From contig CAVVLJ010000016.1 of the NCBI GenBank assembly GCA_963749075.1, forward strand, positions 768,001 to 832,000: a stretch of 64,000 nucleotides of DNA, read 5' to 3'. Below are positions 21,133-31,365 of this stretch, one piece after another. The notes under the pieces were generated by a model. It saw only the letters and a program-made list of their open reading frames with translations. It was not told where the DNA came from and searched no databases. A program made the translations under genes and the position numbers. How positions within the stretch are numbered: position 1 is the first letter of the stretch; each line of letters starts with the position of its first letter. This DNA comes from an uncultured Pseudomonadota bacterium. Its GTDB lineage: Bacteria; Pseudomonadota; Alphaproteobacteria; JACZXZ01.

Positions 21133-22136
21133 GGGGGGTGCGGCTCGCCGGCGTCGGACTTGCGCGCCGGCCGCTTCGCGAACAGCCTCCTGCCCTCGAC
21201 GAACTGCCAGAGGGCGACCGCGGGCAGGCCGAAGATGAGCTCGCGCAGGCGCTTGGCGAGCGAGAGTGCCAGGCCCGCCTCGGGCGGCACGCCGAGCATG
21301 GCGCCGAACAGCATGTAGCCGCCTTCCTGGATGCCGATGGCGCCCGGCACGATGAAGCCGACGCTGCGCGAGGCCTGGCCCAGGCTCTCGAGGATGAAGG
21401 CGTCGCGCCAGCCGATCTCGGTGCCCATGAAATGCAGCGCCAGCCACACCTCGAGCGCGCCGAGCACCCACGAGAGCAGGTGCCAGGCAGCGCTTTCGGC
21501 AAGGGCCAGCGGATGGCCGTGGATCGTCTGGATGGCGTCGTGCAGCCCTTTGACCCCACCGAGCGAGAGCCAGCGCACGCGCGCCGCCAGGCGCTCGAGC
21601 GCCGACTCGATCAGCTTGAAGACGCCCGCCCGCTGCGAGACGACGAAGGCGGCGAAGAACGCCGCGGCAACGGCGAGCGCCAGCGCCAGCTCGAAGACGC
21701 CGCTGCCGCTCTGTCCGGCGCGCACGAGGAGGGCCACGCCCGCGATGGTGAAGAGGAACTGGGTGGCGACCTCGCTCGTGATGTCGACCACCACCGAGGC
21801 GCCCGCGAGATCGCCGGAGAGGCCCTGGAACGCGAGCAGCCGCGCGCCGATGATCTGCCCGCCGATATAGGCGAGCGGCAAGAGCCCGTTGGTGCCCTCG
21901 CGGATCCAGCGGATCTTGAGGAGGGTGAGCAGCGGGCTGCGGACGCGGCCGCCGATGAGCGGGCGCCAGCCGAGGGAGCAGAAGAGCATCTGCGTGAAAT
22001 GGACGAGAACGAGCGGCGCCAGCCCCCAGCCGAGCGTGGCCAGCGTGCCCATCACGGCGCCCGCACCTTCATAGACGACGAGTCCCGCGGCGAGCGCCAT
22101 GCCGGCGAGGAACGCTAGGCCGAGACCGAGTTTCAT
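21108..22136 (-). CDS. hpnL: HpnL-like membrane protein (lysylphosphatidylglycerol synthase TM family)
   Basis: [31 protein letters not shown]; lies after hpnJ. Confidence 0.78.
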   Translation of the reverse strand: MKLGLGLAFLAGMALAAGLVVYEGAGAVMGTLATLGWGLAPLVLVHFTQMLFCSLGWRPLIGGRVRSPLLTLLKIRWIREGTNGLLPLAYIGGQIIGARLLAFQGLSGDLAGASVVVDITSEVATQFLFTIAGVALLVRAGQSGSGVFELALALAVAAAFFAAFVVSQRAGVFKLIESALERLAARVRWLSLGGVKGLHDAIQTIHGHPLALAESAAWHLLSWVLGALEVWLALHFMGTEIGWRDAFILESLGQASRSVGFIVPGAIGIQEGGYMLFGAMLGVPPEAGLALSLAKRLRELIFGLPAVALWQFVEGRRLFAKRPARKSDAGEPHPPQPNLPVT

Positions 22137-22197
22137 TGCTCCTCGTTCCGCGCGCCCGTCTGCGGCGAATCCTCGGCCGCCGCTGCGGCGCTTGTCC

Positions 22198-23619
22198 TCA
22201 GGCGTGATTTTCGCGTTGGCGCAGGAAGCGGAAGAACTCGACGCCCTCGCGCAGGCGGCGCTTCATCATCTCGGCGCTGGTGGCCATCTCCCAGGTGAGC
22301 TCGGCGATCTTGCCCGGCCGGAAGTAGAAGCGCTTGTAGAAGCGCTTGAGCGCCTCGAAAATTTCCTCGCTCGAGAGATGGGGATATTCGAGCGAGCTGA
22401 TCTGCAGGCCGTCCGACGCGATCAGGCTGTCGCTGTTCTCGTGGAGCCAGCCCTTCATCACCGCCTCGCGGTAGAGCTCGGTGCCCGGATAAGGGGCCGC
22501 GAGCGAGACCTGGACGGTGTGCGGGTTCACGTCCTGGGCGAAGCGGATGGTCTCCTCGATGGTCTCCCGCGTCTCGCCGGGGAGGCCCACGATGAAGGTG
22601 CCGTGGATGGTGATGCCGAGCTTGCGGCAGTCGGCCGAGAACTTGCGCGCCACGTCGATGCGCATGCCCTTCTTTATGTTGTGCAGTATCTGCTGGTTGC
22701 CCAACTCGTAGCCGACGAGGAGGAGGCGCAGCCCGTTATCGCGCAGCACCTTGAGCGTCTCGTAAGGCACGTTGGCCTTGGCGTTGCACGACCAGACGAC
22801 GCCGAGCTTGCCGAGCCCGCGGGCGATCTCCTCGGCGCGCGGGCGGTCGTCCGTGAAGGTATCGTCGTCGAAGAAGAATTCCCGCACCTGCGGAAACTGG
22901 CGCTTGGCGAGTGCGATCTCGGCGACCACGTTCGCAGCGCTGCGCGTGCGGTAGCGGTGGCCGCCGATCGTCTGCGGCCACAGGCAGAAGGTGCAGCGCG
23001 ACTTGCAGCCGCGCCCGGTATAGAGCGAGACGTAGGGATGCAGGAGGTAGCCGATGAAGTAATCCTCGATCCTGAGGTCGCGCTTATAGACCTCGGTCAC
23101 CCACGGGAGCGTGTCCATGTTCTCGATGATGGCGCGCTCGCGGTTGTGCACCACCTCGCCCGCGGCCCTGTAGCTCACGCCGTCGACTTCCGCGAGCGGC
23201 CGGCCCTCCGCGATCTCCTTGATCGTGAAGTCGAACTCGCTGCGCGCCACGAAGTCGATGGCGTCGGACGCGGCGAGTGCCGGGCCCGGCGAAACCGCGA
23301 CGTGGGCGCCCACCATGCCGACTGTGAGCCCGGGATTGGCGGCCTTGAAGGCCGCGGCGACCTTCACGTCGGAGGCGAAGGAGGGCGTGCTCGTGTGCAG
23401 CACCAGGAGCTCGTAGTCCCCGGCGAGCGGCAGCACGTCGTCGAGCAAGAGCCCGCGCGCCGGGGCGTCGATGAGCCGGCTCCCGGGCACGAGTGCTGCC
23501 GGCTGGGCGAGCCAGGTCGGATACCAGAAGGAGCGGATCTCGCGCTTCGCCTGATAGCGCGAGCCGGCGCCGCCGTCGAAGCCCTCGTAGGAGGGGGGGT
23601 TGAGAAAGAGGGTCTTCAT
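22198..23619 (-). CDS. hpnJ: Hopanoid biosynthesis-associated radical SAM protein
   Basis: MKTLFLNPPSYEGFDGGAGSRYQAKREI; CKSRCTFC radical-SAM motif. Confidence 0.95.
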   Translation of the reverse strand: MKTLFLNPPSYEGFDGGAGSRYQAKREIRSFWYPTWLAQPAALVPGSRLIDAPARGLLLDDVLPLAGDYELLVLHTSTPSFASDVKVAAAFKAANPGLTVGMVGAHVAVSPGPALAASDAIDFVARSEFDFTIKEIAEGRPLAEVDGVSYRAAGEVVHNRERAIIENMDTLPWVTEVYKRDLRIEDYFIGYLLHPYVSLYTGRGCKSRCTFCLWPQTIGGHRYRTRSAANVVAEIALAKRQFPQVREFFFDDDTFTDDRPRAEEIARGLGKLGVVWSCNAKANVPYETLKVLRDNGLRLLLVGYELGNQQILHNIKKGMRIDVARKFSADCRKLGITIHGTFIVGLPGETRETIEETIRFAQDVNPHTVQVSLAAPYPGTELYREAVMKGWLHENSDSLIASDGLQISSLEYPHLSSEEIFEALKRFYKRFYFRPGKIAELTWEMATSAEMMKRRLREGVEFFRFLRQRENHA

Positions 23620-23639
23620 AGCGCCACCTCGGAGGCCCT

Positions 23640-24791
23640 TCAATTGTTCACCACCATTTGGCCGTCCGGCTGGACGGAGAACTTCTGCTGGCGCCACTCG
23701 ACCCGGCGGCCGACGAAGCTCGCAGCCCTGATGGCGAAGGTGAGGAGATCGCGCACCGGCACGAGCCACGGCCAGGGAATGCCTTCGCTGCCCAGCACGC
23801 CGCGCGCCACGACATGCATGAGCATGCGCAGCGACAGCGCCGCCGCCATGAGGGCGAGCCCGGTCGTACAAAGGCCCGTCGCCGCGGCGAGGAGGATCGC
23901 GAGCGGCAATGCGTCGGTCACGAAGCTGAGCGCATAGCCCCACGGGCGCACCGCGCGCATGGTGCGCGCCCAGCGCAGCTCGTGGCGGACGAGCGCCTTG
24001 AGACTGGGCTCGCTGATGGTGATCTCCACGATGTGCCGCGCGAGCGCCACCCGGTAGCCGCTCGCCGCCACCAGCCGGCCCAGCATGTGGTCGTCGGCGA
24101 GATAGGAGGCGAGCAATTCGATCCCGCCGATCGCCTCGAGCGCCTTGCGCCGCACCGCCATGGTGGCGCCGAAGCAATATTCGAGCGGCTCGGAGAGCAG
24201 CGCCACCAGGACCGAGGGGATGAACCATTCGTTGATGAACATGGCGCCGAGCCGGTTGGCCAGACGCGTGCCGAGCGGGTTGCCGCGGTAGAGGCAGGTC
24301 ACGGCACCGACGCGGGGGTCGGCGAAGGCCGCGGCCACTTCCGAGAGGTAGCGCGGCCCCACCTTGCAATCGGCGTCCGAGATCACCAGGAAATCGTAGC
24401 GGGCGCGGCCGATCATGTTGGCGAGGTTGCTGATCTTGTAATTGCTGCCGATGACGCGCGGGTCGACGACGAGCGAGGCGCCCCGCTCGGGGAACTCGCG
24501 GATGATGCGCTCGATCACCGGGATCGCTGGATCGCCGGCGTCGCGCACGCCGAAGAGGACCTGGAACTTGGGATAGTCCTGGGCGCAGAACGAGCGCAGG
24601 TTCTCGTAGAGCCGCGGCTCGAGCCCGCAGACGGGCTTGAGCACGGTCATCGGCGGCAGGAAGACGGCGGAGACCGGCGCGCGGCCGCGCAGCAATGCCA
24701 CGCGCACCAGCGCAATGGCCGCATAGGCGAGAGAGGCCGCCACGGTCGCATAGCCGAGGAGCGTCGACAGCGTGGAGACAAGATGCAGCAC
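23640..24791 (-). CDS. hpnI: Hopanoid glycosyltransferase (GT21-like)
   Basis: VLKPVCG, GSNYKISNL, ISDAD, LADDHMLG, ELRWART; the GTG start at 24791 is inferred. Confidence 0.9.
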   Translation of the reverse strand: MLHLVSTLSTLLGYATVAASLAYAAIALVRVALLRGRAPVSAVFLPPMTVLKPVCGLEPRLYENLRSFCAQDYPKFQVLFGVRDAGDPAIPVIERIIREFPERGASLVVDPRVIGSNYKISNLANMIGRARYDFLVISDADCKVGPRYLSEVAAAFADPRVGAVTCLYRGNPLGTRLANRLGAMFINEWFIPSVLVALLSEPLEYCFGATMAVRRKALEAIGGIELLASYLADDHMLGRLVAASGYRVALARHIVEITISEPSLKALVRHELRWARTMRAVRPWGYALSFVTDALPLAILLAAATGLCTTGLALMAAALSLRMLMHVVARGVLGSEGIPWPWLVPVRDLLTFAIRAASFVGRRVEWRQQKFSVQPDGQMVVNN

Positions 24792-25066
24792 AGGCAGGCC
24801 CCGCTCCCCCCGAGACGTTTCGCGACGGTGAGCCCCGCGCCACGCGCATGCGCGTCGCATGGCCGGCGCCGTCCGCGACAAGGGCTCCCGAGTTGAGAGC
24901 CTTTTACCCCGGCGCACGCCCCTACGGGAAGTCATTCTTTGCAATTTTGATGAACAAAGCGTGACCGCAGTCGCCAAAAGAACCGCGATCCCGCTTGCGC
25001 TTTAGCGCCGGCGGCCCGGCCCGCCGCGCGGGGGCCGGCACCGCCTGCGCGAAAGCCCCCTCGCAA

Positions 25067-25234
25067 TCAGAAGAGGAGGCCGACCGCGGCCATCTGCTCC
25101 GGGAACAACAGCGCATAAGCGAGCGACAGCGCCGCGAGGAGCACGAGGACGAGCACCTCCGGCATGACGTACTTGAAGACGCGCTTCGCGGCGGCGGGGA
25201 CGCGGGCGGCGACGGCTAAGTTTTGGCTTGTCAT
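25067..25234 (-). CDS. 55-aa small membrane protein (not in the ORF track)
   Basis: AAGGGAGAA RBS before the ATG; MTSQNLAVAARVPAAAKRVFKYVMPEVLVLVLLAALSLAYALLFPEQMAAVGLLF; GC3-rich codons; one hydrophobic helix. Confidence 0.65.
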   Translation of the reverse strand: MTSQNLAVAARVPAAAKRVFKYVMPEVLVLVLLAALSLAYALLFPEQMAAVGLLF

Positions 25235-25338
25235 GGCCTGTTCTCCCTTGCCTATGATTGCCCTTCTAAAGGCCGCGGGAGCGTCCGTCAGTGACCGCTA
25301 TCACGGGGACGCTGCGACAAGGGGCACGGGAGCGCTTG

Positions 25339-26175
25339 ATGCCTGTCTCGATCTCGACGGATTACGTTCCTGGCCGCCCGCGGCTCGCCTACGACCATGC
25401 AGGCGTGGGTCCGCTCGCCGTCTTCATGCACGGGATCGGCGGCAACCGCACGAATTGGCACGAGCAGCTCGGAGCACTCGCGGCGGACTTCCATGCGGTC
25501 GCCTGGGATGCGCGCGGCTACGGTCTCTCGGACGATTACGAGGGCGATCTCGACTTCGGCGATTTCAGCGCCGATCTCCTGCGTCTTCTCGATTGCCTCG
25601 GCGCCGCGCGGGGGCATCTTTGCGGGCTCTCCATGGGCGGGCGGATCGCCCTCGACTTCCACGCGCGTCACCGCGAGAGGGTTGCCACGCTTGTGCTGTG
25701 CGACAGCTTCGCCGGCTTCGATGCCAGCTTCACGCCGGAGAAGCGCGCCGAGTTCGCGCGCTTGCGCAAGGAGCCGCTCCTCTCGGGCAAGGAGCCGCGC
25801 GACATCGCCCCCGCCGTGGCCGCGACGCTCGTCGGCCCCAACGCGCCGCCGGCGGTCTTGGCACGCCTCGTCGCCAGCATGGCAGCACTCCACAAGGAGT
25901 CCTACATCAAGGCGGTCGAGGCCACGACCAATTACGACAGGGTGGCCGCACTCGGCGAGATCGACGTCCCGACCCTTCTCGTCTATGGCGCCCACGACCG
26001 CTTGACGCCGCCTCGGCTCGGCCGCGACATGGCCGCGAGGATTTCCGGCGCCCGCTTCGTCGTCATCGAGGATGCCGGCCACCTGCCCAACATCGAGCAG
26101 CCGGCGGCGTTCAGCGCGGCGGTGCGCGAGTTTCTCCTCGCCCACCGCGCGCGGGCGACGAGCCGCCCGCGATGA
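25339..26175 (+). CDS. Alpha/beta hydrolase (PcaD/MenH-like)
   Basis: HGIGG, DARGYG, GLSMGG nucleophile, GAHD, AGHL. Confidence 0.9.
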   Translation: MPVSISTDYVPGRPRLAYDHAGVGPLAVFMHGIGGNRTNWHEQLGALAADFHAVAWDARGYGLSDDYEGDLDFGDFSADLLRLLDCLGAARGHLCGLSMGGRIALDFHARHRERVATLVLCDSFAGFDASFTPEKRAEFARLRKEPLLSGKEPRDIAPAVAATLVGPNAPPAVLARLVASMAALHKESYIKAVEATTNYDRVAALGEIDVPTLLVYGAHDRLTPPRLGRDMAARISGARFVVIEDAGHLPNIEQPAAFSAAVREFLLAHRARATSRPR

Positions 26176-26307
26176 TCGGCGACCGCACCTCCGCCGCAGA
26201 TCGCAGAGCCCGGAACAACGGGGCTTTCATCCGCGCGCGCGGGCAGGCATGATGCGCCGGCCTGCATCCGAACATGGTGCACAATTGCGGCAGAGGGAGG
26301 GAGCGAG

Positions 26308-27405
26308 ATGCGTCGATCGGCAGTCCTCAAGGCTCTTGCCGGCGCCGTGCTCGGTGCCGCGAGCCTGGCCATCGTTACCTCGCTCGGCGGCCAGGCGGCC
26401 GAGCCCTTCAAGGTCGCCTTCGTCTACGTGGCTCCGGTGGGCGACGCGGGCTGGACCTATCAGCACGACCTCGGGCGCAAGGCGGTGGAGCAGGCGCTCG
26501 GCGACAAAGTGAAGACCAGCTTCGTCGAGAGCGTCAGCGAGGGCGCCGACGCCGAGCGCGTCATCCGCGAGCTTGCGCTCGCCGGCAACAAGCTCATCTT
26601 CACCACCTCCTTCGGCTACATGAACCCGACGCTCAAGGTGGCGAAGCAATTCCCCAAGACGCTCTTCGAGCACGCCACGGGCTACAAGCGCGCGGAGAAC
26701 GTCGCGACCTACTCGGCGCGCTTCTACCAGGCGCGCTATTTGACCGGCATGGTCGCCGGCAAGATGACGAAGTCGAACACCCTCGGCTACGTCGCCGCCT
26801 TCCCCATCCCCGAGGTCGTGCAGGGCATCGACGCCTTCACCCTCGGCGCCCGCTCGGTCAATCCCAAGGCGCAGGTCAAGGTGATCTGGACGAGCAGCTG
26901 GTACGATCCGGGCAAGGAGCGCGAGGCGGCCGAGACGCTGGTCAATCAGGGAGCCGACGTTCTGACCCACCACACGGACTCGACCGCGGTCGTGCAGGCC
27001 GCCGAGGCCAAGGGCGTGTGGGCCATCGCCTACCATTCGGATATGTCGAAGTACGGCCCGCACGCCGAGCTCACCGCGGCGACCCACCATTGGGGCCAAT
27101 ACTACATTCGCGAGGTCAAGGCGGCGATGGACGGCAGCTGGAAATCGCACGACGTCTGGGGCGGCATCAAGGACGGCATGGTGGGGCTTGCCCCCTTCAA
27201 TCCTGCTGTGCCCAAGGACGTCGTCGCCCTCGTCGAGGCCAAGAAGGCGGCGATCGCGGCCGGCACCTTCGATCCCTTCCAGGGCCCGATCAAGGACAAC
27301 GACGGCAACCTCAAGGTGCCCGCGGGCAAGGCGCTCAGCGACGAGGAGATCCTCAAGCTCGGCTGGTACGTCGACGGCGTGCAAGGCAAGCTGCCGGCGA
27401 ATTGA
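26308..27405 (+). CDS. BMP-family ABC substrate-binding protein
   Basis: VGDAGWTYQHDLGR, TTSFGY, EHATGYK, WYDPGKE. Confidence 0.92.
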   Translation: MRRSAVLKALAGAVLGAASLAIVTSLGGQAAEPFKVAFVYVAPVGDAGWTYQHDLGRKAVEQALGDKVKTSFVESVSEGADAERVIRELALAGNKLIFTTSFGYMNPTLKVAKQFPKTLFEHATGYKRAENVATYSARFYQARYLTGMVAGKMTKSNTLGYVAAFPIPEVVQGIDAFTLGARSVNPKAQVKVIWTSSWYDPGKEREAAETLVNQGADVLTHHTDSTAVVQAAEAKGVWAIAYHSDMSKYGPHAELTAATHHWGQYYIREVKAAMDGSWKSHDVWGGIKDGMVGLAPFNPAVPKDVVALVEAKKAAIAAGTFDPFQGPIKDNDGNLKVPAGKALSDEEILKLGWYVDGVQGKLPAN

Positions 27406-27411
27406 CGGATA

Positions 27412-29199
27412 TCACCGCCCGACCGCGTATCCCATCATGTTGCGCGGGTTGGCCGCGGCCTTGAGGAAGGGGCCGTCCTTGGTGCAGACGCAGATGCGGC
27501 CGAGCGACCAGGGCGGCGCCACCGTCACCTTGTGGCCGCGCGCGCGTAAGGACTCGATCGTCTCCTTGGGGAAGTTGCCCTCGAGCGCAATCTCGCCAGG
27601 CCGTGCCGTGCGCGGGTAGAAGGAATCGGGCCAGTGGAAGGACTGGAAGGCCGGCTGGTCGATGGCCTCCTGGAGATTGAGCCCGTGGTGGAGATGGCGG
27701 AGGAAGAAGGCGAGGGCCCACTGGTCCTGGCCGTCGCCGCCCGGCGAGCCGAAGACCATGTAGGGCTCGCCGTCGCGCAAGGCCAGGCCGGGGCTCAATG
27801 TGGTGCGCGGGCGCTTCCCCGGCGCCAGGCTCGCGGGATGGCCCTCCTCGAGCCAGAACATCTGGGCGCGCGAGCCGAGGCAAAAGCCGAGCTCGGGGAT
27901 GACCGGCGAGCTGTGCATCCAGCCGCCGCTCGGCATGGCGGCGATCATGTTGCCCCAGCGGTCGATGGCGTCCACATGCACCGTGTCGCCGGCCACCACG
28001 CCGCGCGCGGCAAGCCCGGGCTCGCCGATGCCGGCAGCTGCTAAGCCGTCCGCCGCCACGCGGATGCCGCGGATGAGGGTGGGGAGGCGCGGTGCTGTCG
28101 TGCCGGCGGCACCCGGCCGCAGCTCGAGCGAGGCCGTCTCGCCCACCAGGCGCCGGCGCTCGGCGTTGTATCCGTCGCTCAAGAGAGCCGCCATGGGCAC
28201 CGCGCCGAAGTCGGGATCGCCGTACCAGGCCTCGCGGTCGGCAAAGGCGAGCTTGGCGCACTCGATGACCGTGTGGAGGAACTCGGCGCTGTTCGGGCCC
28301 ATCTTCGCGAGGTCGAAGCCCTTGAGGAGGGCGAGCTGCTGGAGGAACACCGGGCCCTGGCCCCAGGGCCCCGTCTTCGCCACTTGGCAGCCGTGGTAGT
28401 CGTAGCTGAGCGGCGCCTCGTAGCTCGCCTGCCAGCGCGCCAAGTCGTCCGCCGCAAGCACGCCGCGATGGCGCCGGCCGGAGTTGTCGAGCACCTCGTT
28501 CTCGCGGCAGAAGCGCCCGATCGCCTCTGCCACGAAGCCGCGATAGAACGCCCCGCGCGCCGCCTCGATCTGCTTGACGCGGTCGCTCCCCGCCGCCTCC
28601 GCGGCAGCTAAGATGCGCTCGTATGTGTCCGCGAGGGTCGGGTTGCGCATGACGCTGCCCGGCTGAGGCGGTTTGCCGTCCTTGAGATAGACCGCGGCCG
28701 AGCTCGGCCAGGCCTTGACGAAGAGTTCCGCCACATTGGCGTAGGAGACGCTCTGGGTCGGCGTCACCGGATAGCCGTGGCGCGCGTAATGGATGGCCGG
28801 CGCCAGCACCTCGCGGAGCGCCTGCGTTCCGTGATCGCGCAGGAGCAGCATCCAGCCGTCGAAGGCGCCCGGCACCACCGCGGCGAGGAGCCCGGTGCCG
28901 GGGACGAGCTCGAGGCCGAGCCCGCGGTAGTGGGCAATGGTCGCCCCCGCCGGCGCCGGACCCTGGCCGCAGATCACCTCGAGGCGCTTTTTCGCCGCAC
29001 TCCAGAAGATGAGCGGCACGTCGCCCGCCGGCCCGTTCTGGTTGGGCTCGACCACTTGCAGGGTGAAGGCCGCTGCGGCGGCGGCGTCGAAGGCGTTGCC
29101 GCCCTTCTCGAGGCTGGCCATGCCGACCGCCGAGGCGATCCAGTGGGTCGAGGAGACGACGCCGAACGTGCCCTTGATCTCGGGGCGGGTGGTGAACAT
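27412..29199 (-). CDS. Gamma-glutamyltransferase-family Ntn hydrolase (cytoplasmic, YwrD-like)
   Basis: MFTTRPE, GGNAFDAA, GDTVH (nucleophile Thr), PGKRPRTTLSP, PGGDGQDQW; no signal peptide. Confidence 0.9.
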   Translation of the reverse strand: MFTTRPEIKGTFGVVSSTHWIASAVGMASLEKGGNAFDAAAAAAFTLQVVEPNQNGPAGDVPLIFWSAAKKRLEVICGQGPAPAGATIAHYRGLGLELVPGTGLLAAVVPGAFDGWMLLLRDHGTQALREVLAPAIHYARHGYPVTPTQSVSYANVAELFVKAWPSSAAVYLKDGKPPQPGSVMRNPTLADTYERILAAAEAAGSDRVKQIEAARGAFYRGFVAEAIGRFCRENEVLDNSGRRHRGVLAADDLARWQASYEAPLSYDYHGCQVAKTGPWGQGPVFLQQLALLKGFDLAKMGPNSAEFLHTVIECAKLAFADREAWYGDPDFGAVPMAALLSDGYNAERRRLVGETASLELRPGAAGTTAPRLPTLIRGIRVAADGLAAAGIGEPGLAARGVVAGDTVHVDAIDRWGNMIAAMPSGGWMHSSPVIPELGFCLGSRAQMFWLEEGHPASLAPGKRPRTTLSPGLALRDGEPYMVFGSPGGDGQDQWALAFFLRHLHHGLNLQEAIDQPAFQSFHWPDSFYPRTARPGEIALEGNFPKETIESLRARGHKVTVAPPWSLGRICVCTKDGPFLKAAANPRNMMGYAVGR

Positions 29200-29337
29200 G
29201 GGGGGCGGGGACTTTCGTTCAGGGACGGAGGAAGCGGGCCACTATAACGGCGGAGCCGGCGGGCGGCAACCGCCCGACGGGCTGCACAGCCGCTCCGAAG
29301 TTGGCTATCATCGCCCCACCTTTGGGGGAGGTGCCAC

Positions 29338-30342
29338 GTGAACATCGAGCGACCCTATCTCTTGTTCCTCGGCGACGCCCACGACGATCTCGCGGCCAAG
29401 ACCGCGCGAGGCATCAAGGATTGGCGGCCCGACTGGTGCATCGGCCAGTTGCGCCTCGAAGGCTGCAAGACGACGCTCGGCCTTCCCGACCTCTCGCTCG
29501 AGGAGGCCGTGGCAAAGGGGGCGAAGACGCTCGTCATCGGCGTCGCCAACCGCGGCGGGGTGATCGGGCCTGCCTGGGCGGCGAGCCTCTTGCACGCGGT
29601 CGAGCTCGGCCTCGATCTGGCGAGCGGGCTGCACAGCCGCCTCGAGTCCGTTCCCGGTCTCCAGGAGGCCGCGCGGAAACGCGGGCGCAAGCTGCACGAC
29701 GTGCGCCACCCGACCCAGGAATTCCCCCTCGGTACCGGCGAGAAGCGCTCGGGGAGGCGCCTCCTGACCGTGGGCAGCGACGCCTCGATCGGCAAGATGT
29801 ACACGACGCTCACCCTCGAGCGCGAGATGCGCGGCCGCGGCCTCAAGGCCGACTTCCGCGCCACGGGCCAGACCGGCATCTTCATCGCGGGCAGCGGCGT
29901 CTCGATCGACGCGGTGGTCTCGGACTTCGTCTCCGGCGCCGTCGAGTGGCTGACGCCGGCCAACGATCCCGACCATTGGGACCTCATCGAGGGCCAGGGC
30001 TCGCTCCTCCATCCCTCCTTCGCGGCCGTCACGCTGGGCCTCGTGCACGGCGCCCAGGCCGACGCCCTCGTGCTCTGCCACGAGCCCACGCGCAGCCACA
30101 TGCGCGGCCTGCCGAAGCAGCCCATGCCGAGCCCCGAGGAGACCATGGAGCTCTGCCTCAAGTGCGCCCGGCTCACCAACAAGGCGGCGCGCTTCGTGGG
30201 CGTCAGCATCAACAGCTCGCGGCTCGAGCCCGCGGCCGCGGCGAAATATCTCAAGGAGGTCGAGGCAAAGCTCGGGCTTCCCGCGGTCGATGCGGTGCGC
30301 ACCGGCACAGCCCGCATCGTCGACAATCTCGTGAAGGCCTGA
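29338..30342 (+). CDS. dgcN: DUF1611-family D-glutamate N-acetyltransferase (DgcN-like)
   Basis: PYLLFLGDA, AKTARGI, ASGLH, GKMYT, RATGQTGI, EGQGSL.HP, HGAQAD. Confidence 0.82.
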   Translation: MNIERPYLLFLGDAHDDLAAKTARGIKDWRPDWCIGQLRLEGCKTTLGLPDLSLEEAVAKGAKTLVIGVANRGGVIGPAWAASLLHAVELGLDLASGLHSRLESVPGLQEAARKRGRKLHDVRHPTQEFPLGTGEKRSGRRLLTVGSDASIGKMYTTLTLEREMRGRGLKADFRATGQTGIFIAGSGVSIDAVVSDFVSGAVEWLTPANDPDHWDLIEGQGSLLHPSFAAVTLGLVHGAQADALVLCHEPTRSHMRGLPKQPMPSPEETMELCLKCARLTNKAARFVGVSINSSRLEPAAAAKYLKEVEAKLGLPAVDAVRTGTARIVDNLVKA

Positions 30343-30347
30343 GCGGC

Positions 30348-31328
30348 ATGCCGCGGCTCGCCGTCCGCCGCGAGCGCTTCGCCATACGCGGCGTCTTCAC
30401 CATCTCGCGCGGCTCGCGCCGCGAGTCCGAGGTCGTGGTGGCGGAGCTCTCCGAGGGAGGCCTCACAGGGAGGGGCGAGTGCGTGCCCTATGCCCGCTAC
30501 GGTGAATCGGTCGAGAGCGTGATGGCCGAGATCGCGGCTCAAGGCGCAGCGCTCGCGGCGGGCCTCGGGCGGAGCGGCTTGCAGGAGGCGCTTGCCCCCG
30601 GTGCGGCGAGGAACGCCCTCGATTGCGCGCTCTGGGATCTCGAGGCGAAGACGACGGGCGTGCGGGTCTGGCGCCTGGCCGGCCTCGCCGAGCCGCGGCC
30701 CGTCGTCACCGCCTACACCTTGAGCCTCGCTGATGCGGCGGCGATGGGGGAGGCGGCGCGCGCCAGTCGCCAGCGCCCGCTCCTCAAGCTGAAGCTCGGC
30801 GGCGAGGGCGACGTGGCACGGGTCGAGGCGGTGCGGGCCGCAGCACCGGGCGCCCGCCTCATCGTCGATGCCAACGAGGCCTGGACGCCCTCGATGCTGC
30901 CCGACTATCTTCCCGCGATGGCACGGCTCGGCGTCGCACTCGTCGAGCAGCCGCTCCCCGCCGGGCGCGACGAGGCGCTGGCGTACGTACCGCATGCGGT
31001 GCCGGTCGCCGCGGACAAGTCCTCCCATACGAGCGGCGACGTGGCGGCGCTCGTCGGGCGCTACGACGTGGTCAACGTCAAGCTCGACAAGACGGGCGGC
31101 TTGAGCGAGGCGCTCCGCCTCGTCGCGGCCGCCGAGGCGCTGGGGCTCGGCATCATGGTCGGCTGCATGGTCGGCACCTCGCTCGCCATGGCGCCGGCCA
31201 TGCTGATCGCCGGCCGCGCCGCCTTCGTCGATCTCGACGGCCCGCTCCTCCTGGCCGAGGACCGGCCGCACGGCCTCGCGTACGACGACGGCCGCGTTCA
31301 TCCGCCGGAGCCGGAGCTCTGGGGGTGA
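30348..31328 (+). CDS. dgcA: N-acetyl-D-Glu racemase / L-Ala-D/L-Glu epimerase (enolase superfamily)
   Basis: FTISRGS, KLKL, DANE, EQP, KLDKTGG, GCM, DLDG; the usual ADES reads ADKS. Confidence 0.82.
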   Translation: MPRLAVRRERFAIRGVFTISRGSRRESEVVVAELSEGGLTGRGECVPYARYGESVESVMAEIAAQGAALAAGLGRSGLQEALAPGAARNALDCALWDLEAKTTGVRVWRLAGLAEPRPVVTAYTLSLADAAAMGEAARASRQRPLLKLKLGGEGDVARVEAVRAAAPGARLIVDANEAWTPSMLPDYLPAMARLGVALVEQPLPAGRDEALAYVPHAVPVAADKSSHTSGDVAALVGRYDVVNVKLDKTGGLSEALRLVAAAEALGLGIMVGCMVGTSLAMAPAMLIAGRAAFVDLDGPLLLAEDRPHGLAYDDGRVHPPEPELWG

Positions 31329-31365
31329 GGTGCGGCAGCATGGCTTTTTGCGCAAGGAGGTCGCG

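Noticed and set aside
22198-24849. Apparent fusions or long N-terminal extensions in the ORF track (hpnJ 883 aa, pstB 537 aa, dgcA 675 aa, mlaE-like 661 aa)
   Set aside because: The extensions overlap the upstream gene in another frame, and internal starts give normal lengths.
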